A DNA stretch of 64,000 nucleotides, taken from positions 167,452 to 231,451 of the forward strand of contig CAVVOB010000014.1 of assembly GCA_963749655.1 (NCBI GenBank), read 5' to 3'. Made by a program: the position numbers and the translations under genes. Source of the stretch: Nitrospirota bacterium (lineage in GTDB: Bacteria; Nitrospirota; UBA9217). This document shows positions 10,557 through 21,430 of this stretch, piece after piece. How positions within the stretch are numbered: position 1 is the stretch's first letter; each line of letters starts with the position of its first letter. The notes below the pieces were generated by a model that ran no database searches, was not told the DNA's origin, and was given only the letters and a program-made list of their open reading frames with translations.

Positions 10557-11645
10557 TTATCTGGGTCGAAGCGCGAAATATTCCTTCAGCAAGGCGGGAG
10601 CAAGACGGGGATTAAACAGGATATTGGTCATGAAATAGCATTCATGGGTACAGTAGCATTCGTTGTTCATGATCGAAGCATTGACGCGGCGGGCGTTTCC
10701 CGAACGAAGGACCTTTCTTATATCATATTCGAACTCCCGGACATTGCCGAATGAGCTCGTGAGGATTTCGCAGGGATAGACGTCCCCCGATTCCGAGAGC
10801 ACAAGATTCAGCCTTCCTGCGTAGCAGGGGATGAGCCTTTTCTTGTCCGTCATGATCCGGTGGATCAGGCGCCTCTGAAGGATATCCTGGGCAGCCTTGA
10901 GCCTGCCCCCGCGGAAACGGTATACCGGCGACTTCCCCGACTGCAGGTTCTTTTCCAGTTTCAGCACCGCATCATGATACTTGCCCATGTCCACACTGCC
11001 GAACTGCTTGTCCTGGAGATTGCCGCGCACCAGGGAGATAGTATGCGTTCTCACGGCGGAGAGTCCTGCCACAAAATCGATGATCTCATCCATGGTGCTC
11101 TGGTTCTCCGAGCAGAACACCGTGTTGATCCCGAGCTCGAGATTTCCGTATTGTTCGATCAGCGGCAGGACCTTCCGGTAGGTCTCCATGGTCCGCTCGA
11201 AGCTGCCCGGCGTATTGCGGACCCCGTCGTGGGCCGCTCCCACGCCGTCCAGGGACAGCTTGAGCGCTATTATGCTTTTTGGGCAGGCGCGCAGGACCGC
11301 CTCCATCCGGTCGCGGATCACCTCGGAGAGAAGACCGTTTGTGGGGAACAGCATGATGGCCGGACTGGTATTCCGATAGAAAGTCGTCGCGATCTCGGCA
11401 AGATCATTGCGAAGAAAAATTTCCCCGCCCGAAAAGGCCAGCCAGAGAAGATTGCCGAGGGAACGCGAAACTTGCTCGACCTCCGGCAGCGACAGTTCCG
11501 GACCGGCCTCGGACAGGGCGTCATCGGACCTGAGATAGAAGCAGAAGGGACACCGGGAATTGCACCGTCTGGTCACGAAGTAGGTGAGATGGATGGGCCT
11601 CCCCTTCCGGAAAACATGACCTATATGTCTGAATGGTGAGTACAT
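10557..11645 (-). CDS. Radical SAM protein with SPASM/twitch-like C-terminus
   Basis: CNSRCPFC, SGGE, CYAG...GDVYPC...CYCTHEC. Confidence 0.88.
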   Translation of the reverse strand: MYSPFRHIGHVFRKGRPIHLTYFVTRRCNSRCPFCFYLRSDDALSEAGPELSLPEVEQVSRSLGNLLWLAFSGGEIFLRNDLAEIATTFYRNTSPAIMLFPTNGLLSEVIRDRMEAVLRACPKSIIALKLSLDGVGAAHDGVRNTPGSFERTMETYRKVLPLIEQYGNLELGINTVFCSENQSTMDEIIDFVAGLSAVRTHTISLVRGNLQDKQFGSVDMGKYHDAVLKLEKNLQSGKSPVYRFRGGRLKAAQDILQRRLIHRIMTDKKRLIPCYAGRLNLVLSESGDVYPCEILTSSFGNVREFEYDIRKVLRSGNARRVNASIMNNECYCTHECYFMTNILFNPRLAPALLKEYFALRPR

Positions 11646-11694
11646 AATAATAAGCCGGATTAGGATGTTCTCTTCCCGGCGGATAAGAGAATTT

Positions 11695-11799
11695 ACCGCA
11701 GAGCTTACTGAGTGCACAGAGAAAGGCAAGATAAAGTTCTTATAATCGCCTTAATTCTGCTTTTTTGCTACCCTCTGCGATTTCTGCCTCCTCTGCGTT
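11695..11799. repeat. Inverted-repeat element of 9-mer units
   Basis: accgcagag cttactgag tgcacagag ... ctctgcgat ttctgcctc ctctgcgtt. Confidence 0.7.
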
Positions 11800-11803
11800 A
11801 AAA

Positions 11804-12805
11804 TCATCTTTCGCTTGTCCGCTTGCGAAGAGCGAAGCGGACCACGCCCCGCACGACCCCTGTCCAGATTGCCGCAGGATATACCATACTATAATACAGT
11901 CCCGCCCGAAAGGCGAACCAGCCGTCCCCGGCCCGTGAAAACGCTCTGAATATATGCCTGTTGAGCGCAGCAGCAGCGCCCGCCCAGACCAGCAGGAGGG
12001 GGAGCACAAAAGTCCCCTGTCCCGCTAGAAAGACAATGGACAGGGACAGGAAGGCGGCCAGCCAGAATATGCCGTTGAGCTTCATCTCCCGCGAAGCGGT
12101 GCCTGAATCAGCAAGGATGTCCCGGTTCGCAAGGGAATACTCGATCCAGTAGCGCGTTTTCTTGACGGCGTTTCGCAGGGACTTCCCGAGGGTGAAGTTG
12201 AAAATGTGCCGGACGCGGAGATCGGGGTTCATGATGAGCCGGTAGCCGGCGCTGCGGAGTCGATGGCTGAACTCGACATCTTCCAGGATGGGCATGAAGT
12301 CTTCACGGAACCCGCCGATCTTCCGGAAGATCCCGGCGTCGATGACCAGAGCGTGCGTCGCAAGGTAATCGGGATTTGCGCAGTTCCTGGTCTCCGAATA
12401 ATTGATGAAGGCGGACTGGAAATGGCTGAAGAATCCCGGATCGTAGGGCGACGCCTCGTAGGTACCCCCCATGGTAACGCCGGGTTGCTGCCCGGCCAGG
12501 GCCTTCCGGAGGACGGGAAGGGTATCTTCCTTCAAGATGCAGTCTCCGTCGATAAAGAACAGGAGATCCCCGCGGGCGGCCGCGGCCCCTGCATTCCTGG
12601 CCCCGGCAGCGCCGGCATGATGGTCCAGGGGAATGAAGGTGCAGGGAAATTTCCGGATCAGATCAGGGGATCCGTCCACAGAGCAGTCGTCGACCACGAT
12701 TACTTCGCAGTCCCTGTCCTGGACCGTGCAGGCCGCTGCCAGGCATGTCCCGATCGTCGCGCCGCCGTTGTATGTAGGAATGATTATCGAAATAAGAGGA
12801 TTCAT
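11804..12805 (-). CDS. Glycosyltransferase family 2 with C-terminal TM helices
   Basis: ISIIIPTYN, VVDDCSVD, ARNAGA, FIDGD, IGGFRE, LEDVEF. Confidence 0.9.
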   Translation of the reverse strand: MNPLISIIIPTYNGGATIGTCLAAACTVQDRDCEVIVVDDCSVDGSPDLIRKFPCTFIPLDHHAGAAGARNAGAAAARGDLLFFIDGDCILKEDTLPVLRKALAGQQPGVTMGGTYEASPYDPGFFSHFQSAFINYSETRNCANPDYLATHALVIDAGIFRKIGGFREDFMPILEDVEFSHRLRSAGYRLIMNPDLRVRHIFNFTLGKSLRNAVKKTRYWIEYSLANRDILADSGTASREMKLNGIFWLAAFLSLSIVFLAGQGTFVLPLLLVWAGAAAALNRHIFRAFSRAGDGWFAFRAGLYYSMVYPAAIWTGVVRGVVRFALRKRTSER

Positions 12806-12874
12806 GGGAAAGCCTTCGGTCCGGGGCCGTGAGAGCCCGCTGCTGCAGCGTACACACCGGCTCCTGTGGCCATT

Positions 12875-13258
12875 TTACAACAGCGATAGAACCGTCAACA
12901 CTATCACGGCTAAAGCAAAGCCGAACCCGATGACGGCTGCTGTCTTGCGATTCCGGAGCTCGGTGGCTTTCCCTCTGTCCAGGAACGGCGCAAGAAGCAG
13001 AACGCTGAAAGCGAACCCCGGCAGCACAACAGCGCCCACGAAGGTCCACCGGCCGGGAAAATACTTCGTCAGCTGATAGAGGAACAGAAAATACCACTCA
13101 GGCCGGGGGCTGTATTGCGCTGAAAAATCGATCTCCCTGCCGACGGCAGGCGGAAACAGCGTGGCCAGGATCAGGACCGCCTCGACCGTGAACAGCGCGA
13201 CAACGGTGATCTCAAAGAAATAATAGGGGAAGAATTTTATTTCGTTCTTTTTTTCCAT
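12875..13258 (-). CDS. Cytochrome b C-terminal part (subunit IV/PetD-like)
   Basis: FFPYY, PRPEWYFLFLYQL (Qo-site PEWY), PFLDR; three TM helices. Confidence 0.85.
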   Translation of the reverse strand: MEKKNEIKFFPYYFFEITVVALFTVEAVLILATLFPPAVGREIDFSAQYSPRPEWYFLFLYQLTKYFPGRWTFVGAVVLPGFAFSVLLLAPFLDRGKATELRNRKTAAVIGFGFALAVIVLTVLSLL

Positions 13259-13280
13259 CAGGCTGCCGCAATCCTGTCTC

Positions 13281-13401
13281 AAGTTTCGAGTTTCAGATTT
13301 CAAGTTTCAAGCGGAATTCGCGATTGCACTCCGGCCCCTTGCTACCGGCTACTGGACCCTTGCCTTATTAATTCCACATTCCGCATTCCGAATTCCGCAA
13401 T
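13281..13401. repeat. Two 7-mer arrays (NAGTTTC and TTCCGCA types)
   Basis: aagtttc gagtttc agatttc aagtttc at 13281; attccac attccgc attccga attccgc at 13371. Confidence 0.65.
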
Positions 13402-13403
13402 TT

Positions 13404-14048
13404 CTACATTCCCCCTGAGATCCCGATCCTTCTTAATATATGGAAATGCACCCACAGAAAAAGGGCGGTAAGGAGCGGGAACCACAGCATATGCATGCTG
13501 TAGAACCTCAGGAGCGTATGCCCCGATACTTCGGCGCCCCCGCGGACGAAGGACGACAGAACGGGGCCGATCACAGGAAGCGATCCAAGCATGTTCGTTC
13601 CCACCACCGTGGCCCAGTACGCCTTCTGGTCCCAGGGCAGGAGATAGCCGGTGAACCCGAACGCGAGCGTCATGACGAACAGCAGCGCCCCGGCCACCCA
13701 GTTCAGCTCACGGGGGTTCTTGTAGGAGCCGGTGATGAACACCCTCATCATATGAAGGATCACCATCACGACCATGAGGTTCGCCGCCCAGTGGTGCACG
13801 GAACGGAGCAGCCGGCCGAGCGGCACCGTCTGCTGCAGCTGCTGGATGCTGCGGTAGGCGTCGGCCTCCGATGGGATGTAATGCACGGACAGGAGCAGTC
13901 CGGTCAGGACCTGCATCAGAAACAGCGTGAACGTGATGCCGCCGAAACAGGTGAAATAATTGATCCAGCCGGGCACGGGCTTGTCCATGATGCGGCGGTG
14001 CCTGCTGGTAAAACCCAGGCGCGTATTGACATGTTCGATAATCTTCAT
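13404..14048 (-). CDS. Cytochrome b6-like N-terminal part (QcrB/PetB)
   Basis: YFTCFGG (heme ci Cys), QVLTG, RSVHHWAANLM, LHMMRVF, GYLLPWDQKAYWAT, RFYSMH, HF. Confidence 0.92.
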   Translation of the reverse strand: MKIIEHVNTRLGFTSRHRRIMDKPVPGWINYFTCFGGITFTLFLMQVLTGLLLSVHYIPSEADAYRSIQQLQQTVPLGRLLRSVHHWAANLMVVMVILHMMRVFITGSYKNPRELNWVAGALLFVMTLAFGFTGYLLPWDQKAYWATVVGTNMLGSLPVIGPVLSSFVRGGAEVSGHTLLRFYSMHMLWFPLLTALFLWVHFHILRRIGISGGM

Positions 14049-14160
14049 GAGATAGCTCGGATCACCGCAAAGGTACCCATTTCAACGCAGACTCCACATC
14101 GGCATTTCTTCGCGTCAGAAAAATTCTTTCCTCTCCGGAGAGAATTCGACGTTTAAGCGG

Positions 14161-14613
14161 TCAAACTTTTACACCGGCCAGAATCATCCCATCCTGCATT
14201 TTAACAGGGAAGCGCGTGAGCGGCGCAGGAGGCGGACCGGCAATATTTTTGCCGCTCAGATCATAACGGCCGCCATGGCAGGGACAAACGAACTCCCCTT
14301 TTTCTCTCTGGTAATTGACAAGACATCCCAAGTGCGAGCAGGTTGCAGAGAATACGATCGGCCCTGATGGAGAGGAGACGATGAAGACCCGGCTCTTTCG
14401 TTCCTTGCCCCCTGCCATAAACACCAGCTCGGCTTTTTTTATGCCCAGCCGCGGGACATCATCCTCGGCAATGAGGGGAAAGAAAACCAGTTCCTTTTTC
14501 CGGTCATGAGCCGGCGAGAACACTTCGATGGCGGGAAGCAGGAAGCCGAGACCCAGGAACGCAAGCACGGCGGCGATCGCCTTTTTGATGAAATCCCGAC
14601 GGCCTGTTTCCAT
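14161..14613 (-). CDS. Rieske iron-sulfur subunit (QcrA/PetC-like)
   Basis: Tat-like RRDFIK, CSHLGC and CPCHGG. Confidence 0.92.
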   Translation of the reverse strand: METGRRDFIKKAIAAVLAFLGLGFLLPAIEVFSPAHDRKKELVFFPLIAEDDVPRLGIKKAELVFMAGGKERKSRVFIVSSPSGPIVFSATCSHLGCLVNYQREKGEFVCPCHGGRYDLSGKNIAGPPPAPLTRFPVKMQDGMILAGVKV

Positions 14614-14912
14614 GAGTTTATATACTACGATCAATGAAGCCTGTCAACCGGGAAAGCGCGGAAGCACGTGTGAAACGGGCTCTCCTGCGGGCATTCAAGC
14701 GTGCGCGACTGCCGTCGTCCTTTCGCACGAGGTTGCGCGAAGAGGACCCCATACGATTTTCTCTCTTTTATGATGTTTATAAAACAGTGAGGCACTTTCT
14801 ACCCAAGCGGCGGTCTCGTCCGCGGGAAATAGACCCATGAATCCGGACCTCCCTGCGCAATCCCTGCAGGCCTGACAACGACGGCCGTACAAGCCCATGA
14901 AAAAATAATATA

Positions 14913-14941
14913 TTGACAAAGCTGCTGTTCTGCGGTATAGT
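14913..14941 (+). promoter_or_regulatory. sigma70 promoter upstream of rho
   Basis: TTGACA-17 bp-TATAGT. Confidence 0.75.
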
Positions 14942-15289
14942 TTTTTTTATCATAAACAATACGTCCTAGCCAACAACCCCAATTACTGCCAAATCCGACA
15001 CACAGAAAATAAGAACCATCGGGAAAAAAACACAGACCGCGGCAAATAGACAGGAAGGCGCTATCACCCGAACGAACCGGCAGCCGTCGTTTACGTACCA
15101 TCTCCAGAATATCTAAAACCACGCAAACCGACGACCCAAGGCACAAACTCCCCTTACTTTTAGAATGCCATGACCTACAGCGATTGAAGAATCGCCGACT
15201 ATGCACGAACTCCGGAGTATTATTAAATTACATACCCGCCCTAATCACGCCCTATCTGCCCGCAGGACTGCGGGCCAAGGAGTATCCAC

Positions 15290-16537
15290 ATGAATTTAGT
15301 AGAACTGAAAGGCAAGAAGATCGCCGAGCTTACCGCCATGGCGGACGAACTGAAGATCGAAGGCATCAGCGGCCTGCGCAAGCAGGAGCTGATCTTCGCC
15401 ATACTGCAGGCCCAGACCGAAAAGAACGGCATGATCTTCGGCGAAGGCGTGCTCGAGATCCTGCCGGACGGATTCGGCTTCCTCCGGGCGCCGGATTACA
15501 ACTATCTGCCCGGACCGGACGACATCTACGTATCCCCCTCGCAGATACGGCGGTTCAGCATCCGCACCGGCGACACGGTCTCCGGCCAGATCCGGCCTCC
15601 CAAGGAAGGCGAACGCTACTTCGCCCTGCTCAAGGTCGACGCCATCAACTACGAGGACCCGGAGATCTCCCGGTCCAAGATCCTCTTCGACAACCTGACC
15701 CCCTACTATCCCGAAAAGAAGATCAAGCTCGAACATTCACCGACCGACTATACGACCCGCGCCATGGACCTCGTCACCCCATCGGCATGGGCCAGCGCGG
15801 TATGATCGTGGCGCCGCCCCGGACCGGCAAGACCATGCTGCTCCAGGCCATTGCCAAGGCCATCCTGAAAAACCATAACGACATTAAGCTGATCGTGCTC
15901 CTGATCGACGAACGGCCCGAAGAGGTCACGGACTGGGCAGCGTCAGGTCAAGGCCGAGATCATCAGCTCCACCTTTGACGAGCCGCCGCAACGGCATGTG
16001 CAGGTCGCGGACATGGTGAGCGAGCGCGCAAAACGCCTGGTGGAGCACAAGAAGGACGTGGTGATCCTGCTCGACAGCATCACCCGCCTGGCCCGGGCGC
16101 ATAACGCCATCATCCCGGCCTCGGGCAAGGTCCTCTCCGGCGGTCTGGACGCGAATGCGCTCCAGCGGCCGAAACGGTTCTTCGGCGCAGCCCGCAGCAT
16201 CGAGAACGGCGGCAGCCTCACCATCCTCGCGACGGCGCTCGTGGACACCGGCAGCCGCATGGACGACGTGATCTTCGAAGAGTTCAAGGGCACGGGCAAC
16301 ATGGAACTCCACCTCGACCGGAAGCTCGTGGACAAGCGCGTATTCCCGGCCATCGACATCAACGCCTCGGGCACCCGCAAGGAAGAGCTGCTCGTGGACA
16401 AGGACGACCTGAACCGCATGTGGGTGCTCCGGAAGGTACTGAACCCCCTGTCCACCGTGGAAAGCATGGAGTTCCTGCTCGAGAAGCTGAAACAGAACAA
16501 GACGAACAGGGATTTCCTGGATTCCATGAACAAGTAG
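15290..16537 (+). CDS. rho: Transcription termination factor Rho (frame breaks near 15780 and 15940)
   Basis: [74 protein letters not shown] spread over three frames. Confidence 0.95.
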
Positions 16538-16640
16538 ATTTTACTTGATATTCCGTGGTGATTGGTATATTATTCCCGCTCTCATCAGCGAGGGCGGCAG
16601 TTTTTCGGCTTTCGCAGTAATTCTTTAGGAGGATCAGGTC

Positions 16641-16839
16641 ATGAAAGAAGGCATTCATCCCGACTACAAGGTGGCAACAGTAAGCTGCGCCTGCGGGGAA
16701 AAGTTCACCACCAAGTCGACGAAAGAGAACGCTCCGGCTCGACATCTGCTCGGTCTGCCATCCGTTCTTCACCGGCAAACAGAAGCTGATCGATACGGAA
16801 GGCCGCGTCGACAAGTTCCGGAAAAAATACGCGAAATAG
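16641..16839 (+). CDS. rpmE: 50S ribosomal protein L31, Zn-binding type (frame break near 16730)
   Basis: [13 protein letters not shown] then, in a shifted frame, [32 protein letters not shown]. Confidence 0.92.
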
Positions 16840-16904
16840 CATCGCCACCGGCGGCCCTTCGGCCGCCTTTCTTCTGGAAGAACAAGCCCCGTGAGGTTTC
16901 TGCT

Positions 16905-17817
16905 TTGTCAGAAAAAGTGCAAATAGGCGGCCAGGCGGTTCTCGAAGGCGTCATGATGCGCTCTCCCCATGCCTATACCGTTGCGGTGCGCAAGGGGGGG
17001 AAGCCCGACGCCGAGATCGCCATCTTTCGCCAGACCATCCTGCCCATCGGGGAGCGCTTTCCGTTCCTGAAGACCAGGATCGTCCGGGGTTCGGCCGCGC
17101 TCTTTGAGGCCATGTGGCTCGGCATCCGGGCGCTGAACTTTTCGGCCAACGAAGCGCTCGAAAGCGACGAGGACGGGAAAAAAGAGGAGATCGGGCCGCT
17201 TGCCATGGCCGGCACCATGATCGTGGCGCTCGCCTTTTCTCTCGGGCTGTTCCTGGCGCTGCCCGCTCCTGCTCACCAGCCTGCTCGGCGCTCAGTACTG
17301 CGGCGGTCAACCGGCACAGCATCCTGTTCAACCTCACCGACGGCGCGTTCCGCGTGGTCCTGTTTCTGGGATACGTATCCGGCATTTCCTATATGAAGGA
17401 CATCCGCCGGGTCTTCGAGTATCACGGCGCCGAACACAAGGCCATCGCAGCCTACGAGGCCGGGGTCGAGCTCACGGTGGAGAACGCCAGGCCCTACTCC
17501 CGCATCCATCCGCGCTGCGGCACCAGCTTTCTGCTGACCGTGGTCGCGATTTCCATCTTCTTGTTCTCGCTCATCCCGGGCGTCCTGGCCCTTCTGGGCA
17601 AAAGCAGCTGTCACGGATCGTGCTGCTTCCCGTGATCGCCGGGCTGGGCTATGAGTTCATCAAATACAGCGCCAAACAGTGCAACAACCCGCTGATCCGG
17701 AAACTGATGCAGCCGGGCCTCTGGCTGCAGCGCCTCACGACGCGGGAACCGTCGGATGACCAGATAGAAGTGGCCATCACGGCGATGCGTGAAGCCCTCG
17801 CCATGGAACCCCGCTAA
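16905..17817 (+). CDS. DUF1385 domain membrane protein (frame breaks near 17270-17290 and 17610)
   Basis: [41 protein letters not shown]; usual rpmE-DUF1385-prfA synteny. Confidence 0.88.
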
Positions 17818-17833
17818 GGCGGGGTTTTTTGTT
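17807..17833 (+). terminator. Rho-independent terminator
   Basis: aaccccgc-taag-gcggggtt followed by ttttgtt. Confidence 0.7.
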
Positions 17834-17857
17834 GGAAGAGCAAATCCACTATCAGGC

Positions 17858-17926
17858 AACCACGGATTAACACGGTTTGTAAAATCCTGCCGCCTTTCTT
17901 GCTTTCATCCGTGTTCATCCGTGGTT
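17858..17926. repeat. Inverted-repeat element of 9-mer units
   Basis: aaccacggattaacacggtt ... atccgtgttcatccgtggtt. Confidence 0.8.
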
Positions 17927-17940
17927 AATGGTTCACAACT

Positions 17941-19012
17941 ATGCTAAGAAAACTCGAAGCTGTTGCAGAAAAATACGATGAGCTGACCAGGCTCCTGTCC
18001 GACCCGGGCGTTGCTGCCAACCACCAGCAGTACCAGAAGTATTCCCGGGAGCGGTCGGAGATTGAAGACGTGGTGAACCACTACCGCGCCTACAAGGACC
18101 TGGAAAAACAGATCGAGCGAAGCCGGAGGAGATCACCAACGACAAGCAGTCCGATCCCGAACTGCGCGCCATGGCCGAAGCCGAGCTCAAGGAGCTTTCG
18201 GCCGAAAATCGCGCAGATGGAGCAGGAGCTGCGGCTCATGCTGGTGCCCAAGGACCCGCGCGACGACCAGAACGTCTTTCTCGAGATCCGCGCAGGCGCA
18301 GGCGGCGACGAGGCCGGCCTCTTTGCCGCGGAGCTCTTCCGCATGTACTCGCGCTACTCGGAAAAGAAGCGCTGGAAGCTGACGCTCCTCGATATGAGCA
18401 CCACGGGCGTGGGCGGGGCAAAGGAAGTGATCGCCCAGATCCAGGGCAAGGGCGTCTTCAGCAGGCTCAAGTACGAAAGCGGCGTTCACCGGGTGCAGCG
18501 CGTGCCGACAACGGAAGCCAGCGGCAGGATCCACACCTCGACGGTGACCGTGGCGGTGCTGCCCGAGGTCGACGACGTGGACGTGAAGATCGAGCAGAAG
18601 GACCTGCGCATCGACACCTACTGTTCCTCGGGCCCCGGCGGCCAGTGCGTGAACACGACCTACTCCGCGGTCCGCATCACGCACATCCCGACGGGCGAGG
18701 TCGTCGCGTTCCAGGACGAGCGCTCGCAGCTCAAGAACCGCGAAAAGGCCATGAAGATCCTCAAATCGCGTCTGCTCGAAAAAGAGCGCGAAAAGCGGGA
18801 TGCCGAGACCGCCCAGCGGACCGCAAGTCGCAGGTCGGCACCGGCGACCGCAGCGAAAAGATCAGGACCTACAATTTTCCGCAGAGCCGCGTGACCGATC
18901 ACCGCGTCGGAGTTTCACTCTACCGGATCGATGCCGTCATGGACGGCGATATCGACGAGTTCATCGACGCCCTCACTTCGGCGACAATGCGGAACGGCTG
19001 AAAAACCTGTAA
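17941..19012 (+). CDS. prfA: Peptide chain release factor 1 (several frame breaks)
   Basis: [25 protein letters not shown] (PxT, RF1), [32 protein letters not shown]. Confidence 0.95.
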
Positions 19013-19014
19013 AG

Positions 19015-19108
19015 CAGTTTTTAGTTTTAGTTCTTAGTTTTCAGTTATCAAACAGGGAAAATCCAAAGCACCAAAACTTAAAACTCGCAAACTCAAAACT
19101 CAGAACTG
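19015..19108. repeat. Inverted-repeat element of 7-mer units
   Basis: cagtttttagttttagttcttagttttcagtt ... aaaacttaaaactcgcaaactcaaaactcagaactg. Confidence 0.85.
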
Positions 19109-19119
19109 TTTTTAAAACC

Positions 19120-19989
19120 GTGACTCTCATTGAAGCAATCAACGATGGGGCGGCGAAACTGGCGGCAGCGGGCATAGACTCCGCCCGGCGAGACGCCGAG
19201 CTTCTGCTCTGCCACGCTGCGGGAAGGGACCGCGCCTGGCTCCTGGCCCATATCCGGGACGGGTTCGACGAAAAGCGCCACGGGGCCTTCAAAACTGCGA
19301 TTGAGCGCAGGGCAAAACGTGAACCGGTCCAGTACATCACGGGAAAGCAGGAATTCTGGGGTCTCGACTTTCACGTTGGTCCCGACGTCCTCATTCCGAG
19401 GCCCGAGACCGAGCTGATCATTGAAACGGCCCTGGAAAAACTGACGGACCGGAGCGCGTCGCTCCGGATCATCGACCTCTGCACCGGTTCCGGCTGCATT
19501 GCCGTCAGTCTGGCGAAAGAGCTTTCCATGGCCCATCTGTTTGCAACGGACGCATCAGAGAAAGCCCTCGCCGTGGCCCGGGAGAATGCAGAGCTGCACG
19601 GCGTTTCACGCAGCATCGATTTTGCGGAAGGCGATCTGTTCGAACCCCTGGAACTGCTTGACATCCACGGCCGCGTTGATATGATTGTCTCGAACCCGCC
19701 CTATGTTCCATCGGGAGACCGTCCCACGCTCCAGCCCGAGGTCAGGGACTATGAGCCGGCCATGGCGCTCTTTGCCGGCCCCCGGGGAACGGAGATTCAT
19801 AACCGCATTCTCGATCGGGCCCCGAAGTTCCTGAAGGAACGGGGCGTGCTGATCATGGAAATGGGAATCGGCCAGACGACAGCGCTCCAGGCAGCAGCAG
19901 AACGGACGAACGCGTTCAAAGAAATCGAAATAAAGAAGGACCTGGCAGGAATCGAACGGGTGATCGTAGCAAAGAAATATAAGCTTTAG
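19120..19989 (+). CDS. prmC: Release factor glutamine methyltransferase
   Basis: EPVQYITG, VLIPRPETE, DLCTGSG, SNPPY; follows prfA. Confidence 0.95.
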   Translation: MTLIEAINDGAAKLAAAGIDSARRDAELLLCHAAGRDRAWLLAHIRDGFDEKRHGAFKTAIERRAKREPVQYITGKQEFWGLDFHVGPDVLIPRPETELIIETALEKLTDRSASLRIIDLCTGSGCIAVSLAKELSMAHLFATDASEKALAVARENAELHGVSRSIDFAEGDLFEPLELLDIHGRVDMIVSNPPYVPSGDRPTLQPEVRDYEPAMALFAGPRGTEIHNRILDRAPKFLKERGVLIMEMGIGQTTALQAAAERTNAFKEIEIKKDLAGIERVIVAKKYKL

Positions 19990-19993
19990 AGCA

Positions 19994-20069
19994 GCCACGA
20001 ATTACACGAATTTTCACGAAGAAGACCTAAACCTCATCCAATTCGTGTCAATTCGTGATAATTCGTGGC
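19994..20069. repeat. Inverted-repeat element of 9-mer units
   Basis: gccacgaattacacgaattttcacgaa ... attcgtgtcaattcgtgataattcgtggc. Confidence 0.85.
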
Positions 20070-20082
20070 AAATAAGGTTTTC

Positions 20083-21330
20083 ATGAAATCAATCTACATC
20101 AACGGCGGGAAAAAACTCTCCGGTGAAGTATCGATCAGCGGCGCGAAGAATGCGGCGCTGCCGATCCTCGCGGCCGGCCTTCTGTGCGCGGGCAAGCACC
20201 GGATCGCGAACGTTCCGCAGCTGGCCGACGTGACCACCTTCGGAAAGATCCTCCAGAACATGGGAGTGACCTTCGAGCGGCAGGACCACGAGATCATCAT
20301 CGATTCCACGGGCCTTGCGACCCCGGAGGCGCCTTATGATCTCGTGCGCACCATGCGGGCGTCGGTGCTCGTGCTCGGCCCCCTCGTGGCGCGCATGGGC
20401 AGAGCCCGGGTGTCCATGCCCGGCGGATGCGCCATCGGCGCGCGGCCGATCAACCTGCACCTCATGGGGCTCGAAAAACTCGGCGCAACCGTCGAGATCG
20501 AGCACGGCTACGTCGTCGCTTCGGCGAAGAAGCTCCGCGGCGCTCATATCAATTTCGACACCGTCACCGTAACGGGCACCGAAAACCTCATGATGGCGGC
20601 GGCGCTGGCAGAGGGCGAGACGGTCCTCGAGAACGCCGCACGGGAGCCCGAGATCGTCGACCTCGCGAACGCGCTGATCGGCATGGGCGCGCTGATCGAA
20701 GGCGCGGGCACGGACATCATCAAGATCCGCGGCGTCGAGCGCTTGAGACCCATGGACTATACCGTCATGCCCGACCGCATCGAGACAGGGACCTTCGTGA
20801 TCGCCGCGGCCATCACGGGCGGATCGGTCCTGATCAAAAACTGCTCGCCGGGCCACCTCGACGCGGTGCTGGCAAAGGTAACGGAAGCAGGGGCCTCGAT
20901 AACAGCCGGGCCCGACACGCTTCACGTAACCGGCCCCCGCGTCATCAAGCCGGTCAGTGTCAAGACGCTGGAGTACCCCGGCTTCCCCACGGACATGCAG
21001 GCGCAGTTTATGAGCCTCATGACCCTGGCGGACGGCACGAGCGTGATCAACGAGACCATATTCGAGAACCGCTTCACCCACGTTGCGGAGCTCCGCAGGA
21101 TGGGGGCCGACATTGAAGCCGACGGCCGCACCGCCATCGTCAAGGGCGTGGCCAGCCTGTCCGCCGCGCCGGTCATGGCAACGGACCTCCGCGCCAGCGC
21201 ATCGCTCATTCTCGCGGGCCTCGCGGCCCAGGGCCAGACCGTGGTGTCGCGCATTTACCATCTGGACCGCGGGTACGACAACATCGAGGAGAAGCTGTCG
21301 GCGCTCGGAGCGGATATTAAAAGAGTATAG
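20083..21330 (+). CDS. murA: UDP-N-acetylglucosamine 1-carboxyvinyltransferase
   Basis: [45 protein letters not shown]. Confidence 0.97.
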   Translation: MKSIYINGGKKLSGEVSISGAKNAALPILAAGLLCAGKHRIANVPQLADVTTFGKILQNMGVTFERQDHEIIIDSTGLATPEAPYDLVRTMRASVLVLGPLVARMGRARVSMPGGCAIGARPINLHLMGLEKLGATVEIEHGYVVASAKKLRGAHINFDTVTVTGTENLMMAAALAEGETVLENAAREPEIVDLANALIGMGALIEGAGTDIIKIRGVERLRPMDYTVMPDRIETGTFVIAAAITGGSVLIKNCSPGHLDAVLAKVTEAGASITAGPDTLHVTGPRVIKPVSVKTLEYPGFPTDMQAQFMSLMTLADGTSVINETIFENRFTHVAELRRMGADIEADGRTAIVKGVASLSAAPVMATDLRASASLILAGLAAQGQTVVSRIYHLDRGYDNIEEKLSALGADIKRV

Positions 21331-21335
21331 TTCAT

Positions 21336-21409
21336 AACCACGGATTGACACGGTCAAAGACTCGAGGAGCACCGATTTCATCCGTGAAAATCTGTGCTCA
21401 TCCGTGGTT
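21336..21409. repeat. Inverted-repeat element of 9-mer units
   Basis: aaccacggattgacacgg ... atccgtgaaaatctgtgctcatccgtggtt. Confidence 0.8.
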
Positions 21410-21430
21410 GCTGCCTTATTGAGGATTTTC

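Noticed and set aside
15290-16839. rho and rpmE as true pseudogenes
   Set aside because: All motifs are intact across frames with no other decay; assembly indels are more likely
16641-17396. L31-DUF1385 fusion protein
   Set aside because: Artefact of the rpmE frame break; the L31 C-terminus and stop are present in another frame
17941-19012. Programmed frameshift in the release factor gene
   Set aside because: The PxT motif marks RF1, not RF2; there is no CTTTGA site near the start and the breaks are multiple
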